Source: an uncultured Roseburia sp.
GTDB taxonomy: Bacteria > Bacillota > Clostridia > Lachnospirales > Lachnospiraceae
Reading direction: 5' to 3'
Assembly: GCA_900550935.1 (NCBI GenBank)
Contig: URUD01000003.1
Coordinates: forward strand, 8,951 to 72,950
Length of the DNA: 64,000 nucleotides
Below are positions 11,036-19,606 of this stretch, piece after piece. The notes beneath the pieces are model-generated. The model saw nothing but the letters and a program-made list of their open reading frames with translations, was not told the DNA's origin and did no database searches. Positions within the stretch are counted from its first letter, which is position 1; every line of letters begins with the position of its first letter. Both the position numbers and the translations under genes were made by a program.

Positions 11036-11299
11036 TCATGTATCACTATAATGATAACGACAAGCCAATATATACACATTCTCATCATCTATCTTATAGA
11101 TCAGCCTATCCTTATCATTTACCCGCCTGCTCCAGAAACCTGCCAGATTCCCTGTCAATGGTTCTGGCTTTCCAATTCCTTCATTTCCGTTTCTGCATAT
11201 ATCTTCAATCAGACTGTTTATTTTCTTTAGTGTTTTCCTATCCTCTGTCTGCCAATAAACATAGTCTTTCCAACCATTATCGGTAAAAACTTTATTCAT
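11036..11299 (-). CDS. yoeB: Txe/YoeB family type II toxin (copy 1)
   Basis: WKDYVYWQ, GIGKPEPL, WSRRVNDKDRLIY, CRYHY. Confidence 0.93.
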   Translation of the reverse strand: MNKVFTDNGWKDYVYWQTEDRKTLKKINSLIEDICRNGNEGIGKPEPLTGNLAGFWSRRVNDKDRLIYKIDDENVYILACRYHYSDT

Positions 11300-11558
11300 C
11301 CGCAGACACCTCTACCAGCTTATGCATCGAAACATTTCCTTTATCCAGCTGTGCTTTGGACTCCATTAACCAGTCATAATTTGCCTTATTCCCCATGACA
11401 TAAACATTTTCCATGAGGTTGTTGTATGCTTCCTCAGACAGCATAACTACATTTTTATTATTTTTTCGTGTCACAATCATTGTTTCAAAGTCATCTGTAA
11501 CTTTGTCCATGTATGTTTTCATGTTATCTCGCAAGGTTGTATAATTTACTGCTAACAT
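11292..11558 (-). CDS. yefM: Phd/YefM family antitoxin (copy 1)
   Basis: VNYTTLRDNMKTYMDKV..IVTRK..VVMLSEEAYN; overlaps toxin start. Confidence 0.92.
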   Translation of the reverse strand: MLAVNYTTLRDNMKTYMDKVTDDFETMIVTRKNNKNVVMLSEEAYNNLMENVYVMGNKANYDWLMESKAQLDKGNVSMHKLVEVSADE

Positions 11559-11578
11559 AATAACACCCCCTAATCAGC

Positions 11579-11627
11579 GTACGATTTTCTGTACTTTTAT
11601 TATAATGTACGATTTATTGTACGTCAA
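11579..11627 (-). promoter_or_regulatory. sigma-A promoter of TA pair 1 with GTAC operator repeats
   Basis: TTGACG(11627-11622)-N17-TATAAT(11604-11599); GTAC at 11579, 11591, 11607, 11619. Confidence 0.8.
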
Positions 11628-11701
11628 GTTGCTATCTTATTTTATGTTGGAAGGAATAAAATATTCCTGGCACATTTATAATATGTCCATATCCTTTCGT
11701 T

Positions 11702-11742
11702 CGAACATATGTTTTGCTTATGTTATACTTTTATTGTATAAT
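11702..11742 (+). promoter_or_regulatory. Promoter of small toxin-like peptide with overlapping LexA-like box
   Basis: TTGCTT(11714-19)-N17-TATAAT(11737-42); CGAACATATGTTTT at 11702-11715. Confidence 0.6.
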
Positions 11743-11812
11743 TGAACAGAAAGCAGGATATGACTTTCCGATTATTTGATGCCCTCTAGTTTGCAAAGGA
11801 GGGGGATGCCCT

Positions 11813-11899
11813 ATGAACACGCTTGAAGTTTTAACTTTAGTGCTCGTAATTTTTGCGGCTCCGTCTTACATAGGCAATCATAATAACAAAAAGAAATAG
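11813..11899 (+). CDS. 28-aa hydrophobic peptide, putative type I TA toxin
   Basis: AAAGGAGGGG RBS (11795-11804), then MNTLEVLTLVLVIFAAPSYIGNHNNKKK*; one hydrophobic segment and a basic tail. Confidence 0.75.
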   Translation: MNTLEVLTLVLVIFAAPSYIGNHNNKKK

Positions 11900-11988
11900 C
11901 ATCCTCTACGGCTCAATGTGAAGGATGCTATTCTTTATAGTTTCACTTAACTGAGGGCAAATCGGAGTCAGATCCGATTCACTTTCTA
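11886..11988 (-). ncRNA. Putative antisense antitoxin RNA (~100 nt; ends approximate)
   Basis: Preceded by TTGAAA-N17-TATAAT (12022-11994); ends at hairpin AATAGCATCCT...AGGATGCTATT (11895-11932) followed by a U-rich tract; overlaps the peptide stop codon and 3'UTR. Confidence 0.65.
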
Positions 11989-11999
11989 AGTAAATTATA

Positions 12000-12033
12000 C
12001 ACCAGGGCACTTGATTTTTCAAGTGCCCTGGTG
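12000..12033. terminator. Perfect 15-bp inverted repeat; likely terminator that also contains the antisense -35 element
   Basis: CACCAGGGCACTTGA-TTTT-TCAAGTGCCCTGGTG. Confidence 0.75.
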
Positions 12034-12059
12034 CTTTCTGATTTGCTGATCTTTTTGCT

Positions 12060-12356
12060 TTAACGAACCCCTTCATAATGTGTCCACATCCTGATTATCT
12101 TCACAGTTCCCTCATACCTAGTTCCATCTAATTCCACAGGCTCATTATACACCTGATACACCAGTCTGTGCTGTATATTGATCCTTCTGGAATAGGCACC
12201 CTGCAAATTTCCAACCAGGGTTTCATAAGGTGGTGGATTCTGAAAAGGGTTCTCCCTGATGACCTCGATCAGTTTTTTGGCTTTTCCATCAAGCCGAACC
12301 GCTTTCAAGTTCTTAATATCTCTTACTGCCTGTTTGTCATATACGATTCTGTACAT
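12060..12356 (-). CDS. Txe/YoeB family type II toxin (copy 2)
   Basis: NPFQNPPPYETLVGNLQGAYSRRINIQHRLVY..RMWTHY. Confidence 0.92.
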   Translation of the reverse strand: MYRIVYDKQAVRDIKNLKAVRLDGKAKKLIEVIRENPFQNPPPYETLVGNLQGAYSRRINIQHRLVYQVYNEPVELDGTRYEGTVKIIRMWTHYEGVR

Positions 12357-12360
12357 AAAA

Positions 12361-12609
12361 CTACCATTCTACATCTTCCTCTGGCACGCAATCTTCTAAA
12401 GGTGTCTCCATACCCTCTCTTATCGATTCAACCATACCTGGAAGCGAATTAAGATATATCGTTTCCTGGATTGCATTCCAGTCACTTTCGGAAACTAGAA
12501 CCGCATTTCCCTTTTTGCTTACAATCAAAGCGGGTTCACTATAAAGATTAACATCTTCTACCAGATTGTAGAGTTCCTTTCTTGCATTCGTTATATTAAT
12601 CGCTGACAT
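12361..12609 (-). CDS. Phd/YefM family antitoxin (copy 2)
   Basis: NITNARKELYNLVEDV..KGNAVLVSESDWNAIQETIYL. Confidence 0.92.
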   Translation of the reverse strand: MSAINITNARKELYNLVEDVNLYSEPALIVSKKGNAVLVSESDWNAIQETIYLNSLPGMVESIREGMETPLEDCVPEEDVEW

Positions 12610-12817
12610 AATAAATCTCCTTCTTATATATTCTTATCCTAGTATTTGTTCATCCTGAACATTCTTCATTTGAAAATCTTCAGTAAAATTTCTCGTACAT
12701 TCTGCGTTGTGCATCTCATAATGCTTCTGTCTTTTGTATTTATATTTTTACACTGTAATATTATTAAGTCTTTCCATCTTATATTATCTGAATGACGAGA
12801 TTTTTTATGTCATAATG

Positions 12818-12846
12818 ATTATAACGTACGTCTTTGCGTACGTCAA
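12818..12846 (-). promoter_or_regulatory. sigma-A promoter of TA pair 2 with paired CGTACG palindromes
   Basis: TTGACG-N17-TATAAT; GTAC at 12826 and 12838. Confidence 0.75.
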
Positions 12847-12918
12847 GTGATCGTTTTTCACATCACAAAAGGCACCTGGTTTTTCAAGTGCCCTTTTGCT
12901 TTCTAAATTTCGGCTGTT

Positions 12919-15900
12919 CTATTTGCTGATCTTCACTTTTTTCACGGATGAATATTTTCCATACACCTTTCCACCCGTAGAATCCACTTTATAAGCTCTG
13001 ATGCGCACATAGTATGTCTTACCTTTTTTCAATTTTTTGATCGTATACGAAGTTTTTGCCGTGTTTTTCTTTGTAACCGCCTTTTTAAACTTCTTATCCA
13101 TGCTGTAAGAAATCTGATAGCCTTTCACACTGGACACTTTTTTATACTTCAGCAAAATCTGTTTGCTCTTACTGTTTTTCGCCGATGTAATAAAAACTTT
13201 CGCTACTTTTACCTTCGTCCACTTCGCATACAAGGTATAATCACACTTTGCACTGGTATCTATCGCCGCAATCTTCTTTTTAAATTTCGAATCCGTATAC
13301 CAGCCTGCAAATACATATCCTTTGCGCGACGGATCCTTCAACGTTATTTTCTTTCCATAATAGGTTGACGGATTTGCGGCGTTATTTTTACCTTTATTCA
13401 AATTATAGGTAATGTTATACGGAACCGTGATCGTGCAGGATGCCTGATAACTGCTGTTTTCAGCCGAAGTTGCAGTTATCTTCGTTCTTCCCGGTGCTTT
13501 TGCAGTCACATTTCCGTTGTCATCCACTGTGGCAACTTTCGTGTCGACGGATTTCCAGACAACGTTTTTATTTGCTGCGTAATACGGCGAAATGTTCGCC
13601 TGCAATGCAAGATTCTCTCCTCTTTTTACCTCTGCCGATGTCTGGTTCAACGTAATTCCAGTTACTTTTGCCTTTCCTGTGACCGTCACATAGCAGATTG
13701 CATATTCATCACTGCCATCCGTTGCCTGTGCCCGGATCCTTGCCTCGCCTTCTGATATTGCCGTGACCAGTCCGCTATCAGACACCTTTGCCACTTTCGA
13801 GTCTGAAGAAGTATATTTCAGTGTCTTATTGGTAGCTGTAGATGGTGAAATGTCCGGTTTTAACTGATATGTTTCGCCTGCCTTTAATTCAATCTCGTCC
13901 TCATCAAATTCAATCCAGTTTATGAGACGCGGGACTGTCACCGTGCAGGTTGCCTTTACTTTTCCTGCCGTCACTATGATCACTGCTGTTCCGACACCAC
14001 AGATCTCCACATATCCGGTATCGGAAACCGTTGCCACATCTTCGTTTGAACTTGTCCATACCACTGCATCCGTAAAATTCTGCGGTGTGACCGTGGCTGT
14101 CAGCTGGAACTCTTCATAATATTCTGCCGTCTTATTTGTGACATCCAGACGGATCGATGTTGCAGGAATATCCTGCGCCACATATTTGATGCCTTTTCCA
14201 TTGGCGTAGGTCTGCGCATAACAATCAGACGGACCATACATCGTCATTTTCTTTGGATAGGAAAATGCGTTTGAGGCAATCGAAGTCGTATTACGCGGGA
14301 CCGTGATCTGTGTCAGCTTTGTGCAGTTGACAAACGCACTGTCGCCGATCGTGGTCACATTGTAAGGGATCACAATGGATGGCAGAGTTGTGCAGCCGTA
14401 AAATGTCTGGCTCTCTATTTTCTTTAATTTGCCACCCAACGTGATATCGGTTAAGTCTTCACAGCCGTAAAAAGCGGAACTTCCAATCGTGGATACCGTA
14501 TCTTGTACAACGACTTTTTTCAGGGCTTTACAATTTTTAAACGCATTGCTCTCAATTTTTTCTACCCCGGATGGAAGAACGGCTTCCGGTAAAGATTCAC
14601 AATCCATAAATGCGGAGTTACCGATTGTGGTCAGGGTGGATGGGAAATTGATGGTGGTTAATTTTTTGCAGCCATTGAATGTGTTTGTCGGTATTTCTTC
14701 TAAAACATTTGAAAGGCGTACTTCTGTCAGGTTTGTACAACCTTGAAAATTTGAATTTCCAATTACCTTAACAGTATCTGGAATATCTATCGTCGTTAAT
14801 GAGGAACAATCCTCAAATGCAAATTTTTGTATTTTCTCTATTCCGCTATTCATTGTAATTGTAGCAAGATTTTTGCAATTTCTAAAAGCACTATCCCCTA
14901 TTTGGGTAATGGTATCTGGTAATTCTATTTTTTCAATACCATCACATCCCATAAATAATGCTGCACATACTGTAGTACTACCTTCTTCAAATTCAATGTT
15001 CTTTAAATTACTACAGCCACCAAATACTCCATATGATGTATTTGTATTACTTCCCCAACTTGTATTAAATTCATTGAGTGTCTTTGGTATTTTAATTTTT
15101 CTTATTAATGTACAGTCTCCAAACACACTATATCCAACGATTGTAAGGTTCTCTGATAATTTTATATTTTCAAGTTTATCACATTGGTAAAATGCTTCAA
15201 ATTCTATCATCTCCACGCTATCCGGTATGGTAATCCCTGTTATCCTGTTGCATTTATAAAATGCTCTTGAACCTATCGTATTTATACCCTCTTGCATTTC
15301 TACGTCTGTTAGTCCACTGCATTCTGCGAATGCCTGATCACCTATTTGTGTTACACTTTCAGGTATGATAACTTTTTTCAAATTTCTGCAACTTTTAAAC
15401 GCACTATCATCTATCTCTGTAATAGTATCTGGCAACTCTATTTCCTCAATACCATTACATCCCATAAACAATGCAGAACATACTATTGTACTCCCCTCTT
15501 CAAATTTAATCTTTTTTAAATTACTGCATCCGCCAAAAGTTCCATACCCTGTATTGGTGCCTGATCCCCACGTACCATCAAATTTTTTTAAACTTCTTGG
15601 TATCCCAATTTTAATAAGTGCCTTGCAATTCCCAAACACATTATAACCGATTGTCGTTAAATTTTTTGACAAATCAATATTTTGTAAATCTGTACAGTTA
15701 TAAAACGCATCAAACTCTATTTTTTCCACACTGTCCGGTATCATTACCGTCTTTAAATCAGTCCTGTTTTTAAATGCACCTCTTCCAATCGCCACAACCT
15801 CATGCCCATCGATCTCCCCCGGAATATAGAGTGCTATCGCACTTCCGCTATATCCTGTTATCGTAGCCCGGTTTGCATCGTCCAGCGTATAGGTATAAAT

Positions 15901-17916
15901 CGGCACGATCGCATCGCCTGCGCCTGCATCAACATAGCTTCCCACACCTGCCGGATTGAAATATCTCGAACTCGGAGAGGTACAGTAGCTTGTCCAGCCC
16001 CCCTGCGCGATAAATTCTTTTCCACGTGTACAGGATGTCCGAAGTACACCATCTTCAATATGGTAGTACACACGTACCGGACTGTTATCTTTCCCCCAGA
16101 TTTCTATGCTCTTGCTAAATCTCTTTGAAAGGATACCCACTCCGATTTTTGCGCTCGCACCCACAGAAGCATACAGATACGCTGCCTGCGATACACAGTA
16201 TGACGGTGTCCCGGAGCTGTATTTTACATATTTGAGATTCATGCGTGCTCCGGCTTTTGCATTGATATCACCACTGACGATTCCCAGTGTTGCCTGCGCC
16301 GAAAGCACAACACCTGTGGTCAGATCTGCTTCCGCCGAAAAAGAAAATCCTTTTTTCCGGCTGTTTCCAACCACACGAAAGCCATCCGAATATGCAAATC
16401 CGGATTCAAATTCTTTTTCCACGGTAAGTGTCGCCTCACCGGAAAGATTATATTCCATTGCCAGTGTCAGCATGCCGATACCACCGAGCGGCACCACACC
16501 AAGTGTCAGTGTATGATTGATATCCTGAAATGCGTCTCCCTTTACGTTGCAGGAATATTCCATGTCGCCACTGATCGTAAAATAATAGTCATTATTTTTC
16601 AGGCGATAATTCACTTTCATATTTGAGATTACAACGTTTACGGTCGCTGTGACATCATCCGAAATAGAAATGGTTTTATCTGCCCTCAGGGTATTTCCGT
16701 TATAAGAAATTCCTCTTGTCCTGCTCTCTGTCACAGCAACATTATTTACCACATAGGTTTCCTCATCCGCTGGAACAAATTTCCTCAGATCGACATCCAG
16801 TTCACCCTGCTGATCAACATTCAAAACTGCTCCATCCTCGGCATCTGAGATTGCAATGTATATCGTTGTTCCTTCCGTCCGCACACTTTCCGCCTTATAT
16901 GCCATTGCGATATCATTGACATACACGGCAAATGTTGTTCCCGGCGTGATCGTAACAGGACAGTTTTCAATCATAACCGTTCCATCCACATCAATGGACA
17001 CTGCTGTTCCCTCCGGCACGATAACGACACCAGAAGCGAATGTACAGGTATTTTCTTTTCCTGTTTCTATCTGTGCATCTGCTAAAACCTGCTTTGCATC
17101 TGCGATCATGGCATCATGTTCTTCTGTCGTAAGAGGCTGTTCCGGCAGGAATTTTCCATCAGAAACCGTAACCCATCCCCGGTCGATAGCAATCTGTGCC
17201 GCCTCTTTATATGTAACATCTGTAGCATCCTGATAAGTATAACTGTCCGTCTCCGGTACAAAACCAAGCATCTCGTTCATAGTCTGCGCTGCAAATTCGC
17301 GTGTCACTGCATCTTCCGGGCAAAACTCTTCCCCTGCCTCAAGATCGATCATTCCATACTCACACGCTACCATCACATCCCGGTAAAAGGAATCATCCTC
17401 TGAAATATCACTGTAATAATTATCCGGGTAATCGTCCTCCTCTACCGTAAGATCAAACAATGTTACCAATTCCTGTACCCATGCAATCCTGCTGATCTCA
17501 TCACCGGATAATGTTCTTTTTATCGTTTTCTCTGGGCTTTCCATCTCCTCCGGCGCCTCAGTTTCAGTTTCCTCTACGGTCTCTGTCTCTTCTGTAGACT
17601 CCGTTTCTGTTGTTTCTTCTTCCTCGCTTGACTCAGTTTCGCTTGTTTTCTCTTTCTCGGTTGACTCCGTTTCAGCTATTTCCGTCTCCTCGCCAGTCTC
17701 TGTCTCAACTTTTTTTGTTTCATCTGATTTTTCACTTTCCTGCCCACTCTCATTTTCCTGCTCCGTGGTCTGCGTTTCGGCAGGATCTTTTTCACTCTGA
17801 CTGCTTTCTTCCTGGGTCTGCTGACTTTCTGCCGTCACATCTGCAAACAGCATTTCCGGTGTTGCCGTAAATGTCATACAAACACATAACAACCATGCTA
17901 TCATCCGTTTTTTCAT
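12919..17916 (-). CDS. Large secreted/surface protein: signal peptide, E/T-rich linker, SLH-like repeats, BspA-type LRRs, three Ig-like (Big_2), InlB B-type repeat, FN3-like C-terminus
   Basis: LxxIxIPxSVxxIGxxAFxxC repeats; VVWTSSNEDVATVS-type Ig motifs; GYVFAGWY..LYAKW; LKKGKTYYVRIRAY. Confidence 0.88.
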   Translation of the reverse strand: MKKRMIAWLLCVCMTFTATPEMLFADVTAESQQTQEESSQSEKDPAETQTTEQENESGQESEKSDETKKVETETGEETEIAETESTEKEKTSETESSEEEETTETESTEETETVEETETEAPEEMESPEKTIKRTLSGDEISRIAWVQELVTLFDLTVEEDDYPDNYYSDISEDDSFYRDVMVACEYGMIDLEAGEEFCPEDAVTREFAAQTMNEMLGFVPETDSYTYQDATDVTYKEAAQIAIDRGWVTVSDGKFLPEQPLTTEEHDAMIADAKQVLADAQIETGKENTCTFASGVVIVPEGTAVSIDVDGTVMIENCPVTITPGTTFAVYVNDIAMAYKAESVRTEGTTIYIAISDAEDGAVLNVDQQGELDVDLRKFVPADEETYVVNNVAVTESRTRGISYNGNTLRADKTISISDDVTATVNVVISNMKVNYRLKNNDYYFTISGDMEYSCNVKGDAFQDINHTLTLGVVPLGGIGMLTLAMEYNLSGEATLTVEKEFESGFAYSDGFRVVGNSRKKGFSFSAEADLTTGVVLSAQATLGIVSGDINAKAGARMNLKYVKYSSGTPSYCVSQAAYLYASVGASAKIGVGILSKRFSKSIEIWGKDNSPVRVYYHIEDGVLRTSCTRGKEFIAQGGWTSYCTSPSSRYFNPAGVGSYVDAGAGDAIVPIYTYTLDDANRATITGYSGSAIALYIPGEIDGHEVVAIGRGAFKNRTDLKTVMIPDSVEKIEFDAFYNCTDLQNIDLSKNLTTIGYNVFGNCKALIKIGIPRSLKKFDGTWGSGTNTGYGTFGGCSNLKKIKFEEGSTIVCSALFMGCNGIEEIELPDTITEIDDSAFKSCRNLKKVIIPESVTQIGDQAFAECSGLTDVEMQEGINTIGSRAFYKCNRITGITIPDSVEMIEFEAFYQCDKLENIKLSENLTIVGYSVFGDCTLIRKIKIPKTLNEFNTSWGSNTNTSYGVFGGCSNLKNIEFEEGSTTVCAALFMGCDGIEKIELPDTITQIGDSAFRNCKNLATITMNSGIEKIQKFAFEDCSSLTTIDIPDTVKVIGNSNFQGCTNLTEVRLSNVLEEIPTNTFNGCKKLTTINFPSTLTTIGNSAFMDCESLPEAVLPSGVEKIESNAFKNCKALKKVVVQDTVSTIGSSAFYGCEDLTDITLGGKLKKIESQTFYGCTTLPSIVIPYNVTTIGDSAFVNCTKLTQITVPRNTTSIASNAFSYPKKMTMYGPSDCYAQTYANGKGIKYVAQDIPATSIRLDVTNKTAEYYEEFQLTATVTPQNFTDAVVWTSSNEDVATVSDTGYVEICGVGTAVIIVTAGKVKATCTVTVPRLINWIEFDEDEIELKAGETYQLKPDISPSTATNKTLKYTSSDSKVAKVSDSGLVTAISEGEARIRAQATDGSDEYAICYVTVTGKAKVTGITLNQTSAEVKRGENLALQANISPYYAANKNVVWKSVDTKVATVDDNGNVTAKAPGRTKITATSAENSSYQASCTITVPYNITYNLNKGKNNAANPSTYYGKKITLKDPSRKGYVFAGWYTDSKFKKKIAAIDTSAKCDYTLYAKWTKVKVAKVFITSAKNSKSKQILLKYKKVSSVKGYQISYSMDKKFKKAVTKKNTAKTSYTIKKLKKGKTYYVRIRAYKVDSTGGKVYGKYSSVKKVKISK

Positions 17917-18105
17917 AACCCTTCTCCTTTCGTATCCATGGCGGTGTCAGGTTTCTACTTCGGGAGTTTGCACCTAAAAAGAGTCATTGCTTTCCTTTTT
18001 GGGTATAATGTCTATCACTCCCCAACCGCAAAGGTTCCTTTGAACTTTTTGAAGCGCAGTTTTTCATACGTCACTTGACACGATCCATTTCTATTATTTT
18101 CCTTC

Positions 18106-18134
18106 ATTATAGTCATCTTTCTGACTATGGTCAA
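18106..18134 (-). promoter_or_regulatory. Promoter of LRR gene with palindromic operator
   Basis: TTGACC-N17-TATAAT; ATAGTCA-N6-TGACTAT at 18109-18128 spans the spacer. Confidence 0.75.
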
Positions 18135-18186
18135 GTATGAGACTACACCATACCATACATATTGTAAAGAAACGGAGGAAAATGTG

Positions 18187-18405
18187 ATGATCGATTACAG
18201 TCCATTTTGGATTACACTTGAATGTTCCAGCGAAACAACTTATACCTTGATAAACAAACATCATATATCAAGTGCCATCATCGACAAACTCCGTAAAAAC
18301 AAACCAATGAATACTACTACTTTGAATGATCTGTGTCGGATCCTTAATTGCAGACTGGATGAAATTGCGCAATATATCCCATCGGAAACGGATCAACCTT
18401 TATAG
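18187..18405 (+). CDS. Small Cro/C1-type HTH (HTH_26-like) regulator
   Basis: MIDYSPFW..ISSAIIDKLRKNKPMNTTTLNDLCRILNCRLDEI; GGAGG RBS; divergent from the LRR gene. Confidence 0.85.
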   Translation: MIDYSPFWITLECSSETTYTLINKHHISSAIIDKLRKNKPMNTTTLNDLCRILNCRLDEIAQYIPSETDQPL

Positions 18406-18616
18406 TTTTATATACTGCATTTCACAATCGCAAGCAGAACTATCATTATCGTTTTTATTGTTGATATCCAGTTTCATAAATTTTCCTACTAGAATTTTTG
18501 ATTGAAATAATCTGAATCGGCTTTTTGCCATAGAATAATTTTGATTTAAACTTCATGATTTTTTGATATATTTCTTATTTATATTAATCTGCAGTCGGAG
18601 TTGCCACGATATTTTT

Positions 18617-18657
18617 CATAAAAACAGGACAGACCAAGTATTCTACTCAGTCTGCCC
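18617..18657. repeat. Direct repeat copy A (terminator hairpin sequence)
   Basis: CATAAAAACAGGACAGACCAAGTATTCTACTCAGTCTGCCC; matches 19607-19648 with 2 mismatches and 1 indel. Confidence 0.9.
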
Positions 18658-19282
18658 CTTCTAAACATATTTTTCTTTTAATTAATCCACTTGTACGTTC
18701 TTGATTAAATCTTACATCAAATCCATTCTTCTTATAAAAATGTTCCAACTTGTCAAAGTTTTTTCTGTCTACCGGAGACAACTCCCCCTTTATTGTATCT
18801 ATCTTTAACTCTTTTGCTTTAGTAAATAAACATTCTAATAATAATGTGCCATTTCCGCAGTTTTCATCTATAGCAAATAAGTCTTCTATCCAAATATGAT
18901 CATTTTTCACCGTCGCTAATATTCTCGGACAGCTACAAATGCCTTGGCATCGTTCACCAGATAAATAGAAATCTAAATCTTTTCCAAATAAAGTATCACG
19001 AAAATCCTCCATAACTATATACAAATCACCCAATTTATTTTTTACTATTTTGACAGCTTTACATTCTTTGTATATATTTAGCGATGTAGAAAAATATCCA
19101 TATTGTTTGATCACATCATTTAGTTCGATTATTTTACAATTTTGCGTGCTAATTTGTTTTCTTGCATCAACAATGATATTTTCTAATAATTTCGTTCTAT
19201 CCTTTTCTTTCTTTATACGCAATATTAATAATGCAATTGTAATAATTAACACTAAAACTATATACCACATATATTTATTCAT
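18647..19282 (-). CDS. GNAT-family acetyltransferase-like protein with N-terminal transmembrane helix
   Basis: IWIEDLFAIDENCGNGTLLL (motif A-like), LEHFYKKNGF (motif B); N-terminal YIVLVLIITIALLIL; AT-rich DNA. Confidence 0.7.
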   Translation of the reverse strand: MNKYMWYIVLVLIITIALLILRIKKEKDRTKLLENIIVDARKQISTQNCKIIELNDVIKQYGYFSTSLNIYKECKAVKIVKNKLGDLYIVMEDFRDTLFGKDLDFYLSGERCQGICSCPRILATVKNDHIWIEDLFAIDENCGNGTLLLECLFTKAKELKIDTIKGELSPVDRKNFDKLEHFYKKNGFDVRFNQERTSGLIKRKICLEGAD

Positions 19283-19606
19283 AAAACCTTCTTCCTTTCT
19301 CATTTATAGAAGAATTATAACATAAACTAAATATCCCTTCCATCTAAATAAGCATCCCGATACCTTAATATGTAATATTCTACAATATTAATTTTAGAAT
19401 TTAACATTGCTTTGTATATATAATCTATCATCTCAATATTCATCATTAGTCTACTTTGTTTTCAACAATTACTTTCTCCTGTCAAATTTTTTTCGATAAA
19501 ACGTACCTTTCAATTTTGAACAATATAATATTTTTCTTACATTGTGCATAGCATATATAAGTACTTTAAAACCATTAGTGTAAGTTTTATATCTTTTTAA
19601 TCAAAA

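Noticed and set aside
10918..11088. N-terminal extensions in the ORF track (asp23; likewise nusB, thioredoxin, response regulator, DUF3783)
   Set aside because: A better RBS and a family-typical start lie downstream; the extensions run through intergenic DNA or neighbouring genes
17938..18088. Invertible promoter switch upstream of the LRR gene
   Set aside because: The inverted repeats are imperfect, the promoter lies outside them and no invertase is adjacent; RNA structure is the simpler reading
18406..18616. Pseudogene in AT-rich spacer
   Set aside because: Only short frames with no recognisable protein similarity
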